From an uncultured Chloroflexia bacterium (GTDB lineage: Bacteria > Chloroflexota > Limnocylindria > Limnocylindrales > CSP1-4), in the NCBI GenBank assembly GCA_963727055.1, contig CAVSEN010000003.1, positions 85,810-149,809 of the forward strand: a stretch of 64,000 nt of DNA, written 5' to 3'. The position numbers and the translations under genes are program-made. Below, piece after piece: positions 1-9,590 of the stretch (its first letter is position 1; each line of letters opens with the position of its first letter). The notes beneath the pieces were generated by a model. The model did no database searches. It saw only the letters and a list, made by a program, of their open reading frames with translations, and had not been told where the DNA came from.

Positions 1-2
1 GC

Positions 3-629
3 ATGCTCCGCTCGAGCATCCCCTCGAGCATGTCCGCGCCGGTCGTCCTGCGCGCCTCGGGCGGCCCCTCGATCCTGCGCGAGCTGAGCGACGAGGAGAT
101 CGCGATGGACCTCGACGACGCGGTCCGGCTGAATGCCGCCGGCGTCGGCGTGCAGGTTTTCATCGGCGGCCCGAACGAGACCCGCACGGTCCACAACATG
201 ACCCGCCTGGTCGATCGCGGAATTGCGATCGGGATGCCGGTGATGGGCGTGACGGCCGTCGGCCGTGACCTCGCCCGCGACGCCCGCTACCTCGGGCTCG
301 CCACCCGGATCTGCGCCGAGCTCGGTGCCCAGGTCGTCAAGACGTACTACTGCGACGAAGGCTTCGAGAAGGTCACGGCCGGTTGCCCGGTGCCGATCGT
401 GATGGCCGGCGGCAAGAAGCTGCCCGAGCTCGAGGCCTTGACGATGGCCTACCAGGCGATCGACCAGGGTGCGGCCGGGGTCGACATGGGCCGCAACATC
501 TTCCAGACCGAATCACCGGCGGCGATGCTGGCCGCGATCAACGGCGTGGTTCACGATGGACTGTCGCCGAAGCTCGCCCTCGACCTGTTCCAGACCCTCG
601 CCGCGAGCACGACCGTCGGCGTCAGGTGA
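3..629 (+). CDS. Class I aldolase, DhnA/FbaB-like (DeoC/LacD superfamily). Partial: the 5' end lies outside the window.
   Basis: The ORF runs off the window start. Motifs VVKTYY...VPIVMAGG...[10 protein letters not shown] are typical of archaeal-type class I FBP aldolase or ADH synthase family. Its stop overlaps the rpe start (GTGA). Confidence 0.65.
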   Translation: MLRSSIPSSMSAPVVLRASGGPSILRELSDEEIAMDLDDAVRLNAAGVGVQVFIGGPNETRTVHNMTRLVDRGIAIGMPVMGVTAVGRDLARDARYLGLATRICAELGAQVVKTYYCDEGFEKVTAGCPVPIVMAGGKKLPELEALTMAYQAIDQGAAGVDMGRNIFQTESPAAMLAAINGVVHDGLSPKLALDLFQTLAASTTVGVR

Positions 630-1426
630 GCGGCCCGCTGGCCGCGCAGGTCGAGGTCCGGCCCGAGACCCGGCCACGGGGCGGCGTCGACTGGCTGCTC
701 GAGGGCGGTCCCCGGGCGTCGATCGGGATCCTGACCGCCGACCTGGCCAACCTCGGCGCCGAGGTTGGCCTCCTGGAACGGATTGGGGCCGAGATCGTCC
801 ACATCGACGTGATGGACGGCGTCTACTGCCCCCAGTTCACCGTCGGCGCGCCGATCGTCAAGGCGATCGGTCCGGCCCTCCTGCGCGACGTCCACCTGAT
901 GGTCGACGATCCGCTTGCCAAGATCGAGCCGATCCTGGCCGCCGGCGCCGACATCGTCACGGTCCACATCGAGCGGGCGGGACATCCCCACCGCGTGTTC
1001 AAGGCGCTGGCCGAGCTCCACGCCAGGCTGCCCGGCGCCGAGCGGCCGCTGATCCGGGGGATCGGGCTCAGCCCGAGCCAGCCGGTCGAGGCGATCGAGC
1101 CGTTCCTCGACGACGTCGAGTTCGTCCTCGTCCTGGCGATCGACCCGGGCTGGGGTGGCCAGTCGTTCATCCCGGGCACGATCGGGCGCCTGGCCCGCGT
1201 GCGCGAGATCGTCGCCCGGTCCGGGCGGCGGATCGGGGTCGGCGTCGACGGCGGGGTGACGATGGCCAACGTGGCCGGCCTGACCGGGCTCGGGCTCGAC
1301 GTCATCGTGACCGGCAGCGCCGTGTTCGACGGCAAGGCGGCCGAGGAGAACGGGCGACGGATGCTCGGCCTCGTCCGGGGCGAGGCCCCCGTGCGGGCGG
1401 AGCCGGTCCAGGCAGCGCCGGCGTGA
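626..1426 (+). CDS. rpe: Ribulose-phosphate 3-epimerase
   Basis: GTG start at 626 overlaps the upstream stop. [13 protein letters not shown]...[16 protein letters not shown]...HLMVDDP...DGGV is the canonical Rpe fold and motif set. Earlier in-frame starts of the long ORF (383..) lie inside the aldolase gene. Confidence 0.85.
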   Translation: MSGPLAAQVEVRPETRPRGGVDWLLEGGPRASIGILTADLANLGAEVGLLERIGAEIVHIDVMDGVYCPQFTVGAPIVKAIGPALLRDVHLMVDDPLAKIEPILAAGADIVTVHIERAGHPHRVFKALAELHARLPGAERPLIRGIGLSPSQPVEAIEPFLDDVEFVLVLAIDPGWGGQSFIPGTIGRLARVREIVARSGRRIGVGVDGGVTMANVAGLTGLGLDVIVTGSAVFDGKAAEENGRRMLGLVRGEAPVRAEPVQAAPA

Positions 1427-1611
1427 GCGTCCGCCTGATCGGGATCGTCATCGGCCTGCTGGTGGCCGGCTTCTACGCCATCCAGCTCCAGCGGATCCTC
1501 TCCGGCCGGGCAACCGGCCCGGCGGGGCAGAGCCCGGCGACGGCCCGGGTGATCGCCGCGATCGGCCTGCTGATCGGCCTGGGCGTCGCGGCCTGGTGGT
1601 TCCTGAGCTAG
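1423..1611 (+). CDS. Small hydrophobic membrane protein (62 aa), hypothetical
   Basis: GTG at 1423 overlaps the rpe stop. It has two predicted TM helices (IGIVIGLLVAGFYAI ... IAAIGLLIGLGVAAWWFL). No family was recognised. Confidence 0.35.
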   Translation: MSVRLIGIVIGLLVAGFYAIQLQRILSGRATGPAGQSPATARVIAAIGLLIGLGVAAWWFLS

Positions 1612-1627
1612 CTCCTTCGGGCCGGAT

Positions 1628-2924
1628 CTAGCCGGCCGAGCGTACGGTCAGGACCGAGTCCTCCGCGAACGGCGGCTCGAGGACGAGCGGCCCCGGGCCC
1701 CCGACGCCCTGGGCCGCGACCCGCCGGCCCGTGGCCGGCTCGAACCAGTCGGCGGCCAGGCGCGACCCGCCGAGGCGACCCGGGTCGATCGTCAGCGGTC
1801 GGCGGACGGGCAGGTAGGCGACGGCCAGGTCGCCGGCCGTCGACACGGCGGCGGTGACCCGGTCGAGGCCACGCGCCTCGCCCAGGCCCGCGGTGGCGAA
1901 CGTGTGGTCCTGGTCCGGGACGAGGTCGGCCCAGGGCAGGGCCCGGAAGAAGTCGCCCCAGCGGGCCATCGCCACCGACGCCGGGCTCCGGAGCTGGTCC
2001 TGCCAGCCGGTCCCGAACAGCCACATCGGCTTGTTGCCGATCAGGTGGCCGTTGCCGCCGCACAGGACCGACCAGTACGCCTGGCGCCGGATCTGGAGCT
2101 CGGACGCGTCGTGCTCCCCCTCGTAGGTCGAATTCGATCAGGAAGAACGGCCAGACCGGCACCCGGTTCCAGTCCTCGATCAGGCTCTTGTGGACGATCC
2201 CGTAGGTGTACGTCGGGTTGACGTCGAGCCAGTCCGCGCCGGGGAACTGGTCGACCGGTGAATCCTCGGGATGGACGTGGGCCGTGAACGGGGTCGTGAT
2301 CCCGGTGCTCCGCAGGCCGTGGGCAAGGGCCGTCAGCGGCTCGAGGGCGGGACCCGGATTCCGGTCGCCGCCCATCATCCACATGATGTTGTCGAAGTGG
2401 CCGAAGCGCCGGCCCAGGTATTCGCCCCAGCCCCGGTTGCCCTCGACCCCGTTGGCCACGACCTCCTCGTACCAGCCCTCGGACCGGTTGCCGAAGCCCG
2501 GGTAGTGGGGATCCGGATAGCCGAGGTAGGCCGGCGCCAGGAGGACGAGGAAGCCTCGCTCGGCGATGAGCTCCAGGACCCGTTCAGCGTGGTCCATGTA
2601 GGCCGGATTCGGGGTGGTGAAGTCACCGGGCGCCAGGAACGGCTCGTCGCCGGCCACGTTGCGCGGCGGATCGGCCGAGAAGAGGTACTCGATCACGCTG
2701 ACCATGATCGTGTTGAAGCCCAGCGCCCGGCGCTCGTCGAGGTAGAGCCGGGCGCCGTCGAGCGTCGTGTTGGCGATCAGCGACCAGGCTGCGTCGCCCT
2801 GGAGGAGAACCGGCCGGCCGCTGGGATCCAGCAGCCGCCGTCGATCGGCCGAGACCGACAGCGGGAATCTGGTCGGCTCGGGGACCGCTGGCAGCCCGGT
2901 GGCCGGCAGATCGTGATCGGTCAT
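1628..2924 (-). pseudogene. Glycoside hydrolase (DUF4038/GH5-like TIM barrel with C-terminal beta domain), interrupted by one frameshift near 2131
   Basis: The N-terminal 270 aa (ORF 1608..2924 frame) read cleanly through ...VWPFFLIEFD. The true continuation (YEGEHDASELQIRRQAYWSVLCGGNGHLIGNKPMWLFGTGW...) is in the +1 frame and joins ORF 1628..2026. A single-base indel lies within 'gaattcgacc'. It is the last gene of the CUT1 ABC operon. Confidence 0.6.
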
Positions 2925-4057
2925 TATCCGTCGACCTCCAGGCGAACCAGGTCGCCGTGCTCGTCGAATAGCCGGGTGGCGCCCGGGGTGATCTGGATCC
3001 GGACGGTCTCGCCCTCGCTCACCTTCGTCTCGGAGTCGACCCGGATCGTGACGATCGCGCCGCCCTCGACCGCGGCCGTCAGGAAGATGTCGGCGCCGAC
3101 CGGCTCGACCAGCTCGATCACCGCCGGGAATGCGCCGGCCGTCGACGGCCCGGTCAGGAGCAGCTCCTCGGACCGGATGCCGATCGCGACCGGACCGTCG
3201 GCCAGGGCCACGCCCGCCAGGCCCGGGATGTCGACCTGGATCGGGCCCGCGAACCGGCGCCGGCCGTCGGCCGTTTCCAGCCGGCCTTCGAGGATGTTCA
3301 TCGGCGGGCTGCCCACGAACGAGGCGACGAAGCGGTTCGCGGGGCGGCGGTAGACCTCGTCGGGCGGGCCGATCTGCTGGATCAGGCCGGCGCGCATGAC
3401 CACGACCCGGTCGGCCATCGTCATCGCCTCGATCTGGTCGTGGGTGACGTAGACCGTCGTCCGACCGACCCGCTTGTGGAGCCGGAGCAGCTCCGAGCGC
3501 ATCTGGACCCGGAGCAGGGCGTCGAGGTTGGAGAGCGGCTCGTCCATCAGGAAGGCGAGCGGCTGGCGGACGATCGCCCGGCCCAGGGCGACCCGCTGGC
3601 GCTGGCCGCCGGACAGCTCGTCGGGGTACTTGTCGAGCTCGCTGGTGATCTGGAGGAGGGTCGCCGCGGCGGCCACCTCGCGCTCGATCTCGGCCTTCGG
3701 CCGGCGGGCCATCTTGAGCGGGAAGCCGATGTTCGTGCGCACGGTCATGTGCGGATAGAGGGCGTAGTTCTGGAAGACCATCGCCACGTCGCGGGCGCTC
3801 GGTTTGAGGTAGTTGGCGAGCCGGCCGCCGATGTAGACCTCGCCCTCGGTCAGGTCCTCCAGCCCGGCGATGATCTTGAGCAGGGTGCTCTTGCCGCAGC
3901 CAGACGGCCCGAGCAGGACGACGAACTCGCCCGGCTCGATGTCCAGGTCGACGCCGTCGAGGGCGGTGATCCGGCCGTAGCGCTTGGTCACCGACAGGAT
4001 CTCGATCGCGTACTTCGAGGCGGCGGGGGTGGCGCTGGTCGGGCTGGCCGTGGTCAT
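2924..4057 (-). CDS. Sugar ABC transporter ATP-binding protein (MalK/UgpC/MsmK-like)
   Basis: Walker A GPSGCGKST, LSGGQ signature and a C-terminal TOBE-like domain are present. The likely start is MTTASPTSATPAASKYAIEILSV at 4057, overlapping the upstream permease stop (ATGA). The N-terminal 34 aa of the listed ORF are a spurious extension. Confidence 0.9.
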   Translation of the reverse strand: MTTASPTSATPAASKYAIEILSVTKRYGRITALDGVDLDIEPGEFVVLLGPSGCGKSTLLKIIAGLEDLTEGEVYIGGRLANYLKPSARDVAMVFQNYALYPHMTVRTNIGFPLKMARRPKAEIEREVAAAATLLQITSELDKYPDELSGGQRQRVALGRAIVRQPLAFLMDEPLSNLDALLRVQMRSELLRLHKRVGRTTVYVTHDQIEAMTMADRVVVMRAGLIQQIGPPDEVYRRPANRFVASFVGSPPMNILEGRLETADGRRRFAGPIQVDIPGLAGVALADGPVAIGIRSEELLLTGPSTAGAFPAVIELVEPVGADIFLTAAVEGGAIVTIRVDSETKVSEGETVRIQITPGATRLFDEHGDLVRLEVDG

Positions 4058-4953
4058 TGCTTCAGTGCTCCGGCAAGGGATCGGGCCAGGAACTGGCGCT
4101 GGAGGACGAAGAAGAAGATCGCGATCGGGACGAGGGACATCACCGCCGCGGCCGACCACAGCCCGTAGTCCGCGCCGCCGTGCGAGCGCAGGCCGGCCAC
4201 CCCCACGGTCAGCAGCTGGAGGTCGTCGCTGGAGGTCGCGATCAGCGGCCAGATGAAGCTCATGAACTGGTCGGTGAAGATGATCACGGCCAGGACGACC
4301 AGCCCCGGCTTGATCAGGGGCAGGATGATTCGCCGGTAGATCCCGAACTCGCTCACGCCGTCCAGCCGGGCGGCGTTCTCGAGGTCCTTGGGCAAGCCCA
4401 GGATGAACTGGCGCATCAGGAAGACCCCCAGTGGATTGGCCAGCGGCGGCAGGATCAGGGCGAAGTACGTGTTGGTCAGGCCCATCGCCGAGACAAGCGC
4501 CCAGAGGGGCACGATGAGGGCGCCCAGGGGCACCATCAGCAGGATCACCATCAGCAGGAAGATCCAGCGCTTGCCGCTCAGGTCGAGCTTGGCCAGGGCA
4601 TAGCCGGCCATCGAGTCCATGAACACCTTGATCACGGTCACCGTGCCCGCCACGAACAGCGTGTTGAACATCCAGCGCAGGAAGCCGGTGTCGCCGATCA
4701 GCTTCTGGTAGTTGCCCAGGTACGGCGGGATCGGCAGCAGCTTGGGCGGGTAGGTGAAGATCTCGGTGCTGTTCTTGAACGAGGCCAGGATGACGTAGTA
4801 GAACGGCGCCACGAGGAGGAACGTCACGAGGGCCAGGAAGAGGTGCTTGCCGAGGCCGCCCAGCCGGCGCCGGCGGCGGCTGCGGAGCTGGGCCGCCTGG
4901 ATCGTGAGGGCGGCGCCCGGCGCGCCCCGCCGCCGGCCGATCGCCTGGCTCAT
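4054..4953 (-). CDS. CUT1 sugar ABC transporter permease (MalG-like)
   Basis: It has six TM segments, the EAA-like motif (ENAARLDGVSEFGIYRRIILP), and fits the operon context. Confidence 0.9.
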   Translation of the reverse strand: MSQAIGRRRGAPGAALTIQAAQLRSRRRRRLGGLGKHLFLALVTFLLVAPFYYVILASFKNSTEIFTYPPKLLPIPPYLGNYQKLIGDTGFLRWMFNTLFVAGTVTVIKVFMDSMAGYALAKLDLSGKRWIFLLMVILLMVPLGALIVPLWALVSAMGLTNTYFALILPPLANPLGVFLMRQFILGLPKDLENAARLDGVSEFGIYRRIILPLIKPGLVVLAVIIFTDQFMSFIWPLIATSSDDLQLLTVGVAGLRSHGGADYGLWSAAAVMSLVPIAIFFFVLQRQFLARSLAGALKQ

Positions 4954-5909
4954 CAGTCGCCGCCCCGGCGCGAGCGCAGCACGCGCATCTGGGCCACGGT
5001 CAGGGTCAGGATCGAGGCGATCAGGACGAGCGAGATGGCGGCCGCGAAGCCGACCTTGTCGTTCGAGCCGAAGACGTACTGCCAGACCCGGAAGATGATC
5101 GTGGTGGTGGCCGTGCCCGGCCCCCCGTTGGTCAGGACCAGGGCCGTGTCGAAGACCTGCAGGCCCCAGATCGTCGATACGACGATGGCGAACAACAGGA
5201 TCCGGCGCATGAGCGGCAGGGTCAGGTACCAGAAGCGCCTCGTCGTCGAGGCGCCGTCGAGGTCGGCCGCCTGGTACAGCTCCTGGGGCAGGCCGATCAG
5301 CGCGGCCACGAAGAAGATCGCCCAGTAGCCCACGTTGCGCCAGACGTCAAGCGCAGCCAGCACGCCCAGGGCGGTCCCCGAGCCGAGCCAGGTCACCGGC
5401 TCGACTCCGACCGCGCGCAGGACGTTGTCGAACAGCCCGAAGTCGACGTTCGTCAGGAACAGCCAGATCAGGCCGGCGACGACGCCCGGGACGAGGACCG
5501 GGAAGTACACGAAGAAGCGGTAGACCGCTGCCCCCCGGCCGACCCGGGCCAGGACGAGCGAGATCGCCAGGGCCCCGATCAGGATCGGGGGGATCGACAG
5601 CAGGGCGAAGGTCAGCGTGTTCTGGATCGCCGTCGTGGCCCCGACCAGGTCAGGCAGGCGCTCGAAGTTCTGGAGGCCGACCGACTTGGTTCCGCTGGCG
5701 ATGCCGCCCGACTGGGTGCTCCACCAGACGGTGCCCACGACCGGAATCACCAGGAACACGACGAAGAACAGGAACATCGGGCCGAGGAAGGCCCATGCCG
5801 TCAGCTCGCGCCGGACCCGGGCCTGCCGGCGCAGGCGCCGGTGCTGATCGGGGGACAGCCGCATCCGGCGGACGTGGCCCTCCCCGATCAGGTCTGCTCC
5901 AAGCGCCAT
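4953..5909 (-). CDS. CUT1 sugar ABC transporter permease (MalF-like)
   Basis: Membrane protein with AADLDGASTTRRFWYLTLPLM (EAA motif). The start may be the internal ATG (MRLSPDQ...). Confidence 0.9.
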   Translation of the reverse strand: MALGADLIGEGHVRRMRLSPDQHRRLRRQARVRRELTAWAFLGPMFLFFVVFLVIPVVGTVWWSTQSGGIASGTKSVGLQNFERLPDLVGATTAIQNTLTFALLSIPPILIGALAISLVLARVGRGAAVYRFFVYFPVLVPGVVAGLIWLFLTNVDFGLFDNVLRAVGVEPVTWLGSGTALGVLAALDVWRNVGYWAIFFVAALIGLPQELYQAADLDGASTTRRFWYLTLPLMRRILLFAIVVSTIWGLQVFDTALVLTNGGPGTATTTIIFRVWQYVFGSNDKVGFAAAISLVLIASILTLTVAQMRVLRSRRGGD

Positions 5910-5954
5910 CGATTCGATCGAGTACCTACCCGGCGCAGCTCCGGGTGGCGGCCG

Positions 5955-7376
5955 TCACAGGCCGACCTCCTGCTTCACGATCTTCTCGACGTTGGCCACC
6001 GCCTGGGCGGCGGTCTCCTTGCCGGCATAGCAGTTCTGGATCTCGGCCTCGGCCAGGTTCTCGACGTCGGACCACTGCTTGAAATTCTCGAGGCCCACGG
6101 CGTGGGCCTGGAACAGGGGCAGGGCCTCGGCCAGCTGCGGCGCGCTGTTCGTGCCATAGCCCAGCGTGGCGGCGTCGCTGCGGGCCGGGTAGGTGCCCGA
6201 GTTGTCCGCCCAGTAGGCATCGCTGCTGCCGTTCGTCCACCACTTGACGACTTCCCAGGCCAGGTCCTGGTCGCTCGTCTTGGCGTTGACCATGTAGATG
6301 CTGAGGTCGTTGAAGTTGACCTGGGAGACCGGTCCGGGCGGGTAGGGGAGGAGCTTCCAGGTGAAGGGCACGGTCGCCGGCAGGGCCGTGGTCGAGGCCA
6401 GGTCGGACGAGTAGATCGCCATCTTGCCTGCGGCAAAGGCGGCCGGTGCCGCGTCGTAGGTGTACGTGCCGAGGGGCGGCGCGATCCCCAGCTTGAACAG
6501 GCTGGCCATCTGGTCGGTGACCTCGACGACCGCGGGCAGGTTGACGTTGGGGGCCGACAGGTCGGGCGTCAGGTACGAGCCGCCCGCCGCTCGCAGGCGC
6601 TGGTACCACTCGGCGTAGCCACCGAGCTGGATGCCGATCCCCATCCCGTAGGTCTGGCCCTTCTTGGTCATCTTGGTGACGCACTCGAGGAAGGTGGGGT
6701 AGCTGTCGATGAAATGCTCATCAAAGCCCGCGGCCTTGACCATGTCCATGTTGACGAACATCGCGTCCTCAACGTGGAAGCTGATCGGCAGGCCGAGGAT
6801 CTTGGGGCCGTACGACTTGATCCGGTCCATGTACTGGTACTTGGCCAGCTCGCCGGCAAAGGACGAGTCGTTGATCCGCGACGTCAGGTCGGTGAAGCCC
6901 GTGCCACTTTCGTAGTCGGGGTACGAGCTCTCGGTCGTCATGTAGATGTCGTGGGCGCCCTCGGTCAGCGAGGTGTTGATCTCCTGGCTGGCGGTGTCCC
7001 ATTGATAGAGCCGGAAGTCGAACGTCACGTTCGGGTAGATCGCGTTGAAGCCCTGGGCGATGTGCTGGTGGTGGGCCACTTCGTCGCTCGACCAGGGCCC
7101 GATGAGGAAGCGGACCTTGCCCTTCAGGTCGAGCGGGGACGGGCTGGCCGCCGGGGCCTGGCTGGCCGGGGCGCTGCCGGCGGCCGTCGGGGCCGTCGAT
7201 GGGGCGACGGTCGGGGCCGCCGTCGCCGGCGAGCTGCAGGCCGCCACGATCGCCCCGACGGCGCTCGGGGCGAGGCCCAGGGCCAGCAGTCGCATGACGA
7301 AGGTGCGGCGGGAAATCTGGCCGGCCAGGTAGGAGTTCGCGAACTCCTCGGTCTGCCGTTCTCGGTGCCTGTCCAT
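5955..7376 (-). CDS. CUT1 sugar ABC transporter substrate-binding lipoprotein (Tat/lipobox signal)
   Basis: Start MDRHRERQ...RRTFVMRLLALGLAPSAVGAIVAACSS gives a twin-arginine signal plus a lipobox Cys, preceded by a GGAGGAGG RBS. The first ~97 aa of the listed ORF are a spurious upstream extension. Confidence 0.85.
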   Translation of the reverse strand: MDRHRERQTEEFANSYLAGQISRRTFVMRLLALGLAPSAVGAIVAACSSPATAAPTVAPSTAPTAAGSAPASQAPAASPSPLDLKGKVRFLIGPWSSDEVAHHQHIAQGFNAIYPNVTFDFRLYQWDTASQEINTSLTEGAHDIYMTTESSYPDYESGTGFTDLTSRINDSSFAGELAKYQYMDRIKSYGPKILGLPISFHVEDAMFVNMDMVKAAGFDEHFIDSYPTFLECVTKMTKKGQTYGMGIGIQLGGYAEWYQRLRAAGGSYLTPDLSAPNVNLPAVVEVTDQMASLFKLGIAPPLGTYTYDAAPAAFAAGKMAIYSSDLASTTALPATVPFTWKLLPYPPGPVSQVNFNDLSIYMVNAKTSDQDLAWEVVKWWTNGSSDAYWADNSGTYPARSDAATLGYGTNSAPQLAEALPLFQAHAVGLENFKQWSDVENLAEAEIQNCYAGKETAAQAVANVEKIVKQEVGL

Positions 7377-7447
7377 CGAACCGGCCTCCTCCTCGAATCG
7401 CCGCGCCGCCGTACGCCGGTCGCGCGGATCAGTGCCCGGATCCATGC

Positions 7448-7466
7448 TGTTCACGAGACGTGAACA
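7448..7466. promoter_or_regulatory. Perfect 8-3-8 palindrome TGTTCACG-AGA-CGTGAACA, a candidate operator
   Basis: Read directly from the sequence. It lies in the divergent intergenic region, about 72 nt upstream of the SBP start. Confidence 0.55.
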
Positions 7467-7563
7467 CAGTCTCCGAGATCGCCCGGGGGCTGTCAAGCGA
7501 TTTCCGTCTCTCCTTCGGGGCCGCGCCGGACGCCCTTGACAGCGGTGCGGTCCCGGGCTTAAC

Positions 7564-7582
7564 TGTTCACGAATACCGAACA
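7564..7582. promoter_or_regulatory. Second TGTTC-N9-GAACA site (TGTTCACGAATACCGAACA), overlapping a putative -10 of the VOC/SDR operon
   Basis: It has the same half-sites as 7448-7466. It is preceded by TTGACA (7536-7541), a 17-nt spacer and TTAACT (7559-7564), about 93 nt upstream of the 7675 start. Confidence 0.45.
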
Positions 7583-7674
7583 TTGCGGGTGAGCGTGCTC
7601 GTCGGACCACGTTCCCGCGCCGGGCGTGGCGTCGCGACGCCGGTCGGCGCCGAAGTTGAGGAGGCATCCGGGCA

Positions 7675-8721
7675 ATGAGTGTCGAGGCTCCGAAGCTCCC
7701 TGTCGGTCTTGCCGGGCTGCACTACCCGATCACCCAGATCTCGCTCGCGGTGCGCGACCTCGATAAGACGATGGCGGCCTACTACAAGGTCTTCGGCTGG
7801 GGGCCGTGGAACGTCTTCGACCACAAGCCGCCGGCGCACCACGACACCGAGCTGCGCGGGCGGCCCGAGCACTACGCCCTGCGCGGCGCCGAGGTCTACG
7901 TCGGCGACATGAACTTCGAGCTGCTCGAGCCGACCGAGGGGCCCAACCTGTGGTCCGAGTTCATCGCCGAGCGGGGCGAGGGGATCGCCTCGATCGCGGT
8001 CATGTTCAAGGAGAAGGAGGAGGGCGACGCGGTCAAGGCCGCGTTCAAGGACCGCCTCGGGATCGACGTCACGATGAAGGCCAACATCGGCGATCACATC
8101 GAGTACTACTACCTCGACACCCAGGAGCGCTTCGGCTGCCTGATCGAGTCGGGCAGCGGCCACGCCATCGACTTCGTCAAGCCGGCCTACTCGTATCCAC
8201 GGCCCGAGACGCCGCCCTCGACCAAGCCGGCCGGGCTCGACTACCGGATCAGCCAGGTCTCGCTCGTGGTGCGCGACCTCGACAGCCGGATGCGGGCCTT
8301 CCACGAGGCGTTCGGCTGGGGCCCCTGGAAGGTCTACCAGTCCGACGGCGACGTCGTCATGCACGACTGCGAGTACCGCGGCAAGCCGGGCTACTTCAAC
8401 GTCCGCTGGGCCGAGACGTTCGTCGGCGACATGAACTTCGAGCTGATCCAGCCGCTCGGCGGCGAGAGCCCGTTCCAGGATCACCTCGACCAGAAGGGGG
8501 AGGGGATCGGCTCGATCGCGGTGATGTTCAAGACCCGCGAGGAGTCCGAGGCGGTCAAGGCCCAGTTCGCCGAGCTGGGCATCGGTGTCCTCGCCGTCGG
8601 CCACATCGGCGACCACATCGAGTGGTACTACCTCGACACCGAGCCCGCCTTCAAGTGCCTGATCGAGTCGGGCAGCGGCCACGCGATCGACTTCATGCAG
8701 CCGATCAGCGTGTACCCGTGA
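7675..8721 (+). CDS. VOC (glyoxalase/bleomycin-resistance/dioxygenase) family protein with two tandem internally duplicated domains
   Basis: Two ~170-aa repeats share a long identical backbone (FGWGPW...VGDMNFEL(L/I)...GEGI(A/G)SIAVMFK...IGDHIE(Y/W)YYLDT...CLIESGSGHAIDF). Confidence 0.8.
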   Translation: MSVEAPKLPVGLAGLHYPITQISLAVRDLDKTMAAYYKVFGWGPWNVFDHKPPAHHDTELRGRPEHYALRGAEVYVGDMNFELLEPTEGPNLWSEFIAERGEGIASIAVMFKEKEEGDAVKAAFKDRLGIDVTMKANIGDHIEYYYLDTQERFGCLIESGSGHAIDFVKPAYSYPRPETPPSTKPAGLDYRISQVSLVVRDLDSRMRAFHEAFGWGPWKVYQSDGDVVMHDCEYRGKPGYFNVRWAETFVGDMNFELIQPLGGESPFQDHLDQKGEGIGSIAVMFKTREESEAVKAQFAELGIGVLAVGHIGDHIEWYYLDTEPAFKCLIESGSGHAIDFMQPISVYP

Positions 8722-9494
8722 CGCCCATTGCCGACCGGTTCGCCGGCCGCCGGGCGATCGTCACCGGGGCGAGCAGCGGCATCGGCAAGGCAACCGCCCT
8801 GCGCTTCGCCGCGGAGGGCGCCCGGGTGGCCCTGATCGCACGCCGGCCGGGTCCCCTCGAGGAGGTCGCGGCGACGATCCGGGCGGCCGGCGGGGAGTGC
8901 CTGGTCCTGCCCGCCGACTGCACGATCGAGGAGCAGGTCGGGGGCGCGATCGACGCGGCCGCCGCGGCCTGGGGCGGCCTCGACATCATCGTCTCGAACG
9001 CGGCGGTCGAGCTGCCTGAGGAGGATGACCGGCTGGACCGGATCAGCCTCGAGGCCTGGAACCGGCTGATCACCACGAACCTCAACGGCCAGTTCCTGAC
9101 CTGCAAGCACGGCCTGCAACATCTCCAGGCGGCCGGTGGCGGGGCGATCGTCTGCCTCGGCTCGAACGTCGGCTACCTCGGGATGGCGACCAACGAGCCG
9201 GCCTACAGCGCGAGCAAGGGCGGCATCTTCGCCATGATGCGGGTGATGGCCAACGACTTTGCCCGGCTCAACATCCGGGTCAACATGGTCATCCCGGGCT
9301 TCATCGACACGCCGATGAACGACTTCGTGATGCGCGACCCGGTCCAGCTCAAGTACTGGAGCGACCAGGTCCCGATCGGCCGGGCCGGCACCGCCGAGGA
9401 ATGCGCCGCCGCGATCCTGTGGCTCGCCTCGGATGAGGCCTCGTACTGCGTCGGGACGGCGCTCGTGATCGACGGCGGCCAGTCGGCGATCTGA
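8718..9494 (+). CDS. SDR family oxidoreductase
   Basis: TGASSGIGKA (the TGxxxGxG motif), NAA, and the YSASK catalytic motif are present. The GTG start overlaps the VOC stop (GTGA). Confidence 0.9.
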   Translation: MTPIADRFAGRRAIVTGASSGIGKATALRFAAEGARVALIARRPGPLEEVAATIRAAGGECLVLPADCTIEEQVGGAIDAAAAAWGGLDIIVSNAAVELPEEDDRLDRISLEAWNRLITTNLNGQFLTCKHGLQHLQAAGGGAIVCLGSNVGYLGMATNEPAYSASKGGIFAMMRVMANDFARLNIRVNMVIPGFIDTPMNDFVMRDPVQLKYWSDQVPIGRAGTAEECAAAILWLASDEASYCVGTALVIDGGQSAI

Positions 9495-9590
9495 TCGGCC
9501 CGAGGCGGCCGCTGCCGGCCGGAGTGGACGGCCGCATATGATGAAGGCTGGCTCGCAGGCCCGACCGGTGACGATGAGGGATGAGGCGGA

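Noticed and set aside
2125-2140. EcoRI (gaattc) and XhoI (ctcgag) sites coincide with several frameshift positions (2131; ~15875; ~14940; ~34932), which could suggest cloning scars or engineered insertions
   Set aside because: ctcgag simply encodes Leu-Glu with the preferred high-GC codons and occurs dozens of times in the window. gaattc also occurs elsewhere (about 29963) in an intact gene. Most frameshift sites carry no restriction site.
5841-7463. Long antisense or alternative-frame ORFs: 5841..7463+, 8628..10319-, 13099..14640+, 19577..20710+, 24121..24723+, 35108..36544+, 44082..45812+, 53640..56423-
   Set aside because: They have Arg/Pro/Gly/Ala-rich low-complexity translations typical of off-frame reading of high-GC DNA. 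Each lies opposite or out of frame to a gene with a clear family signature.
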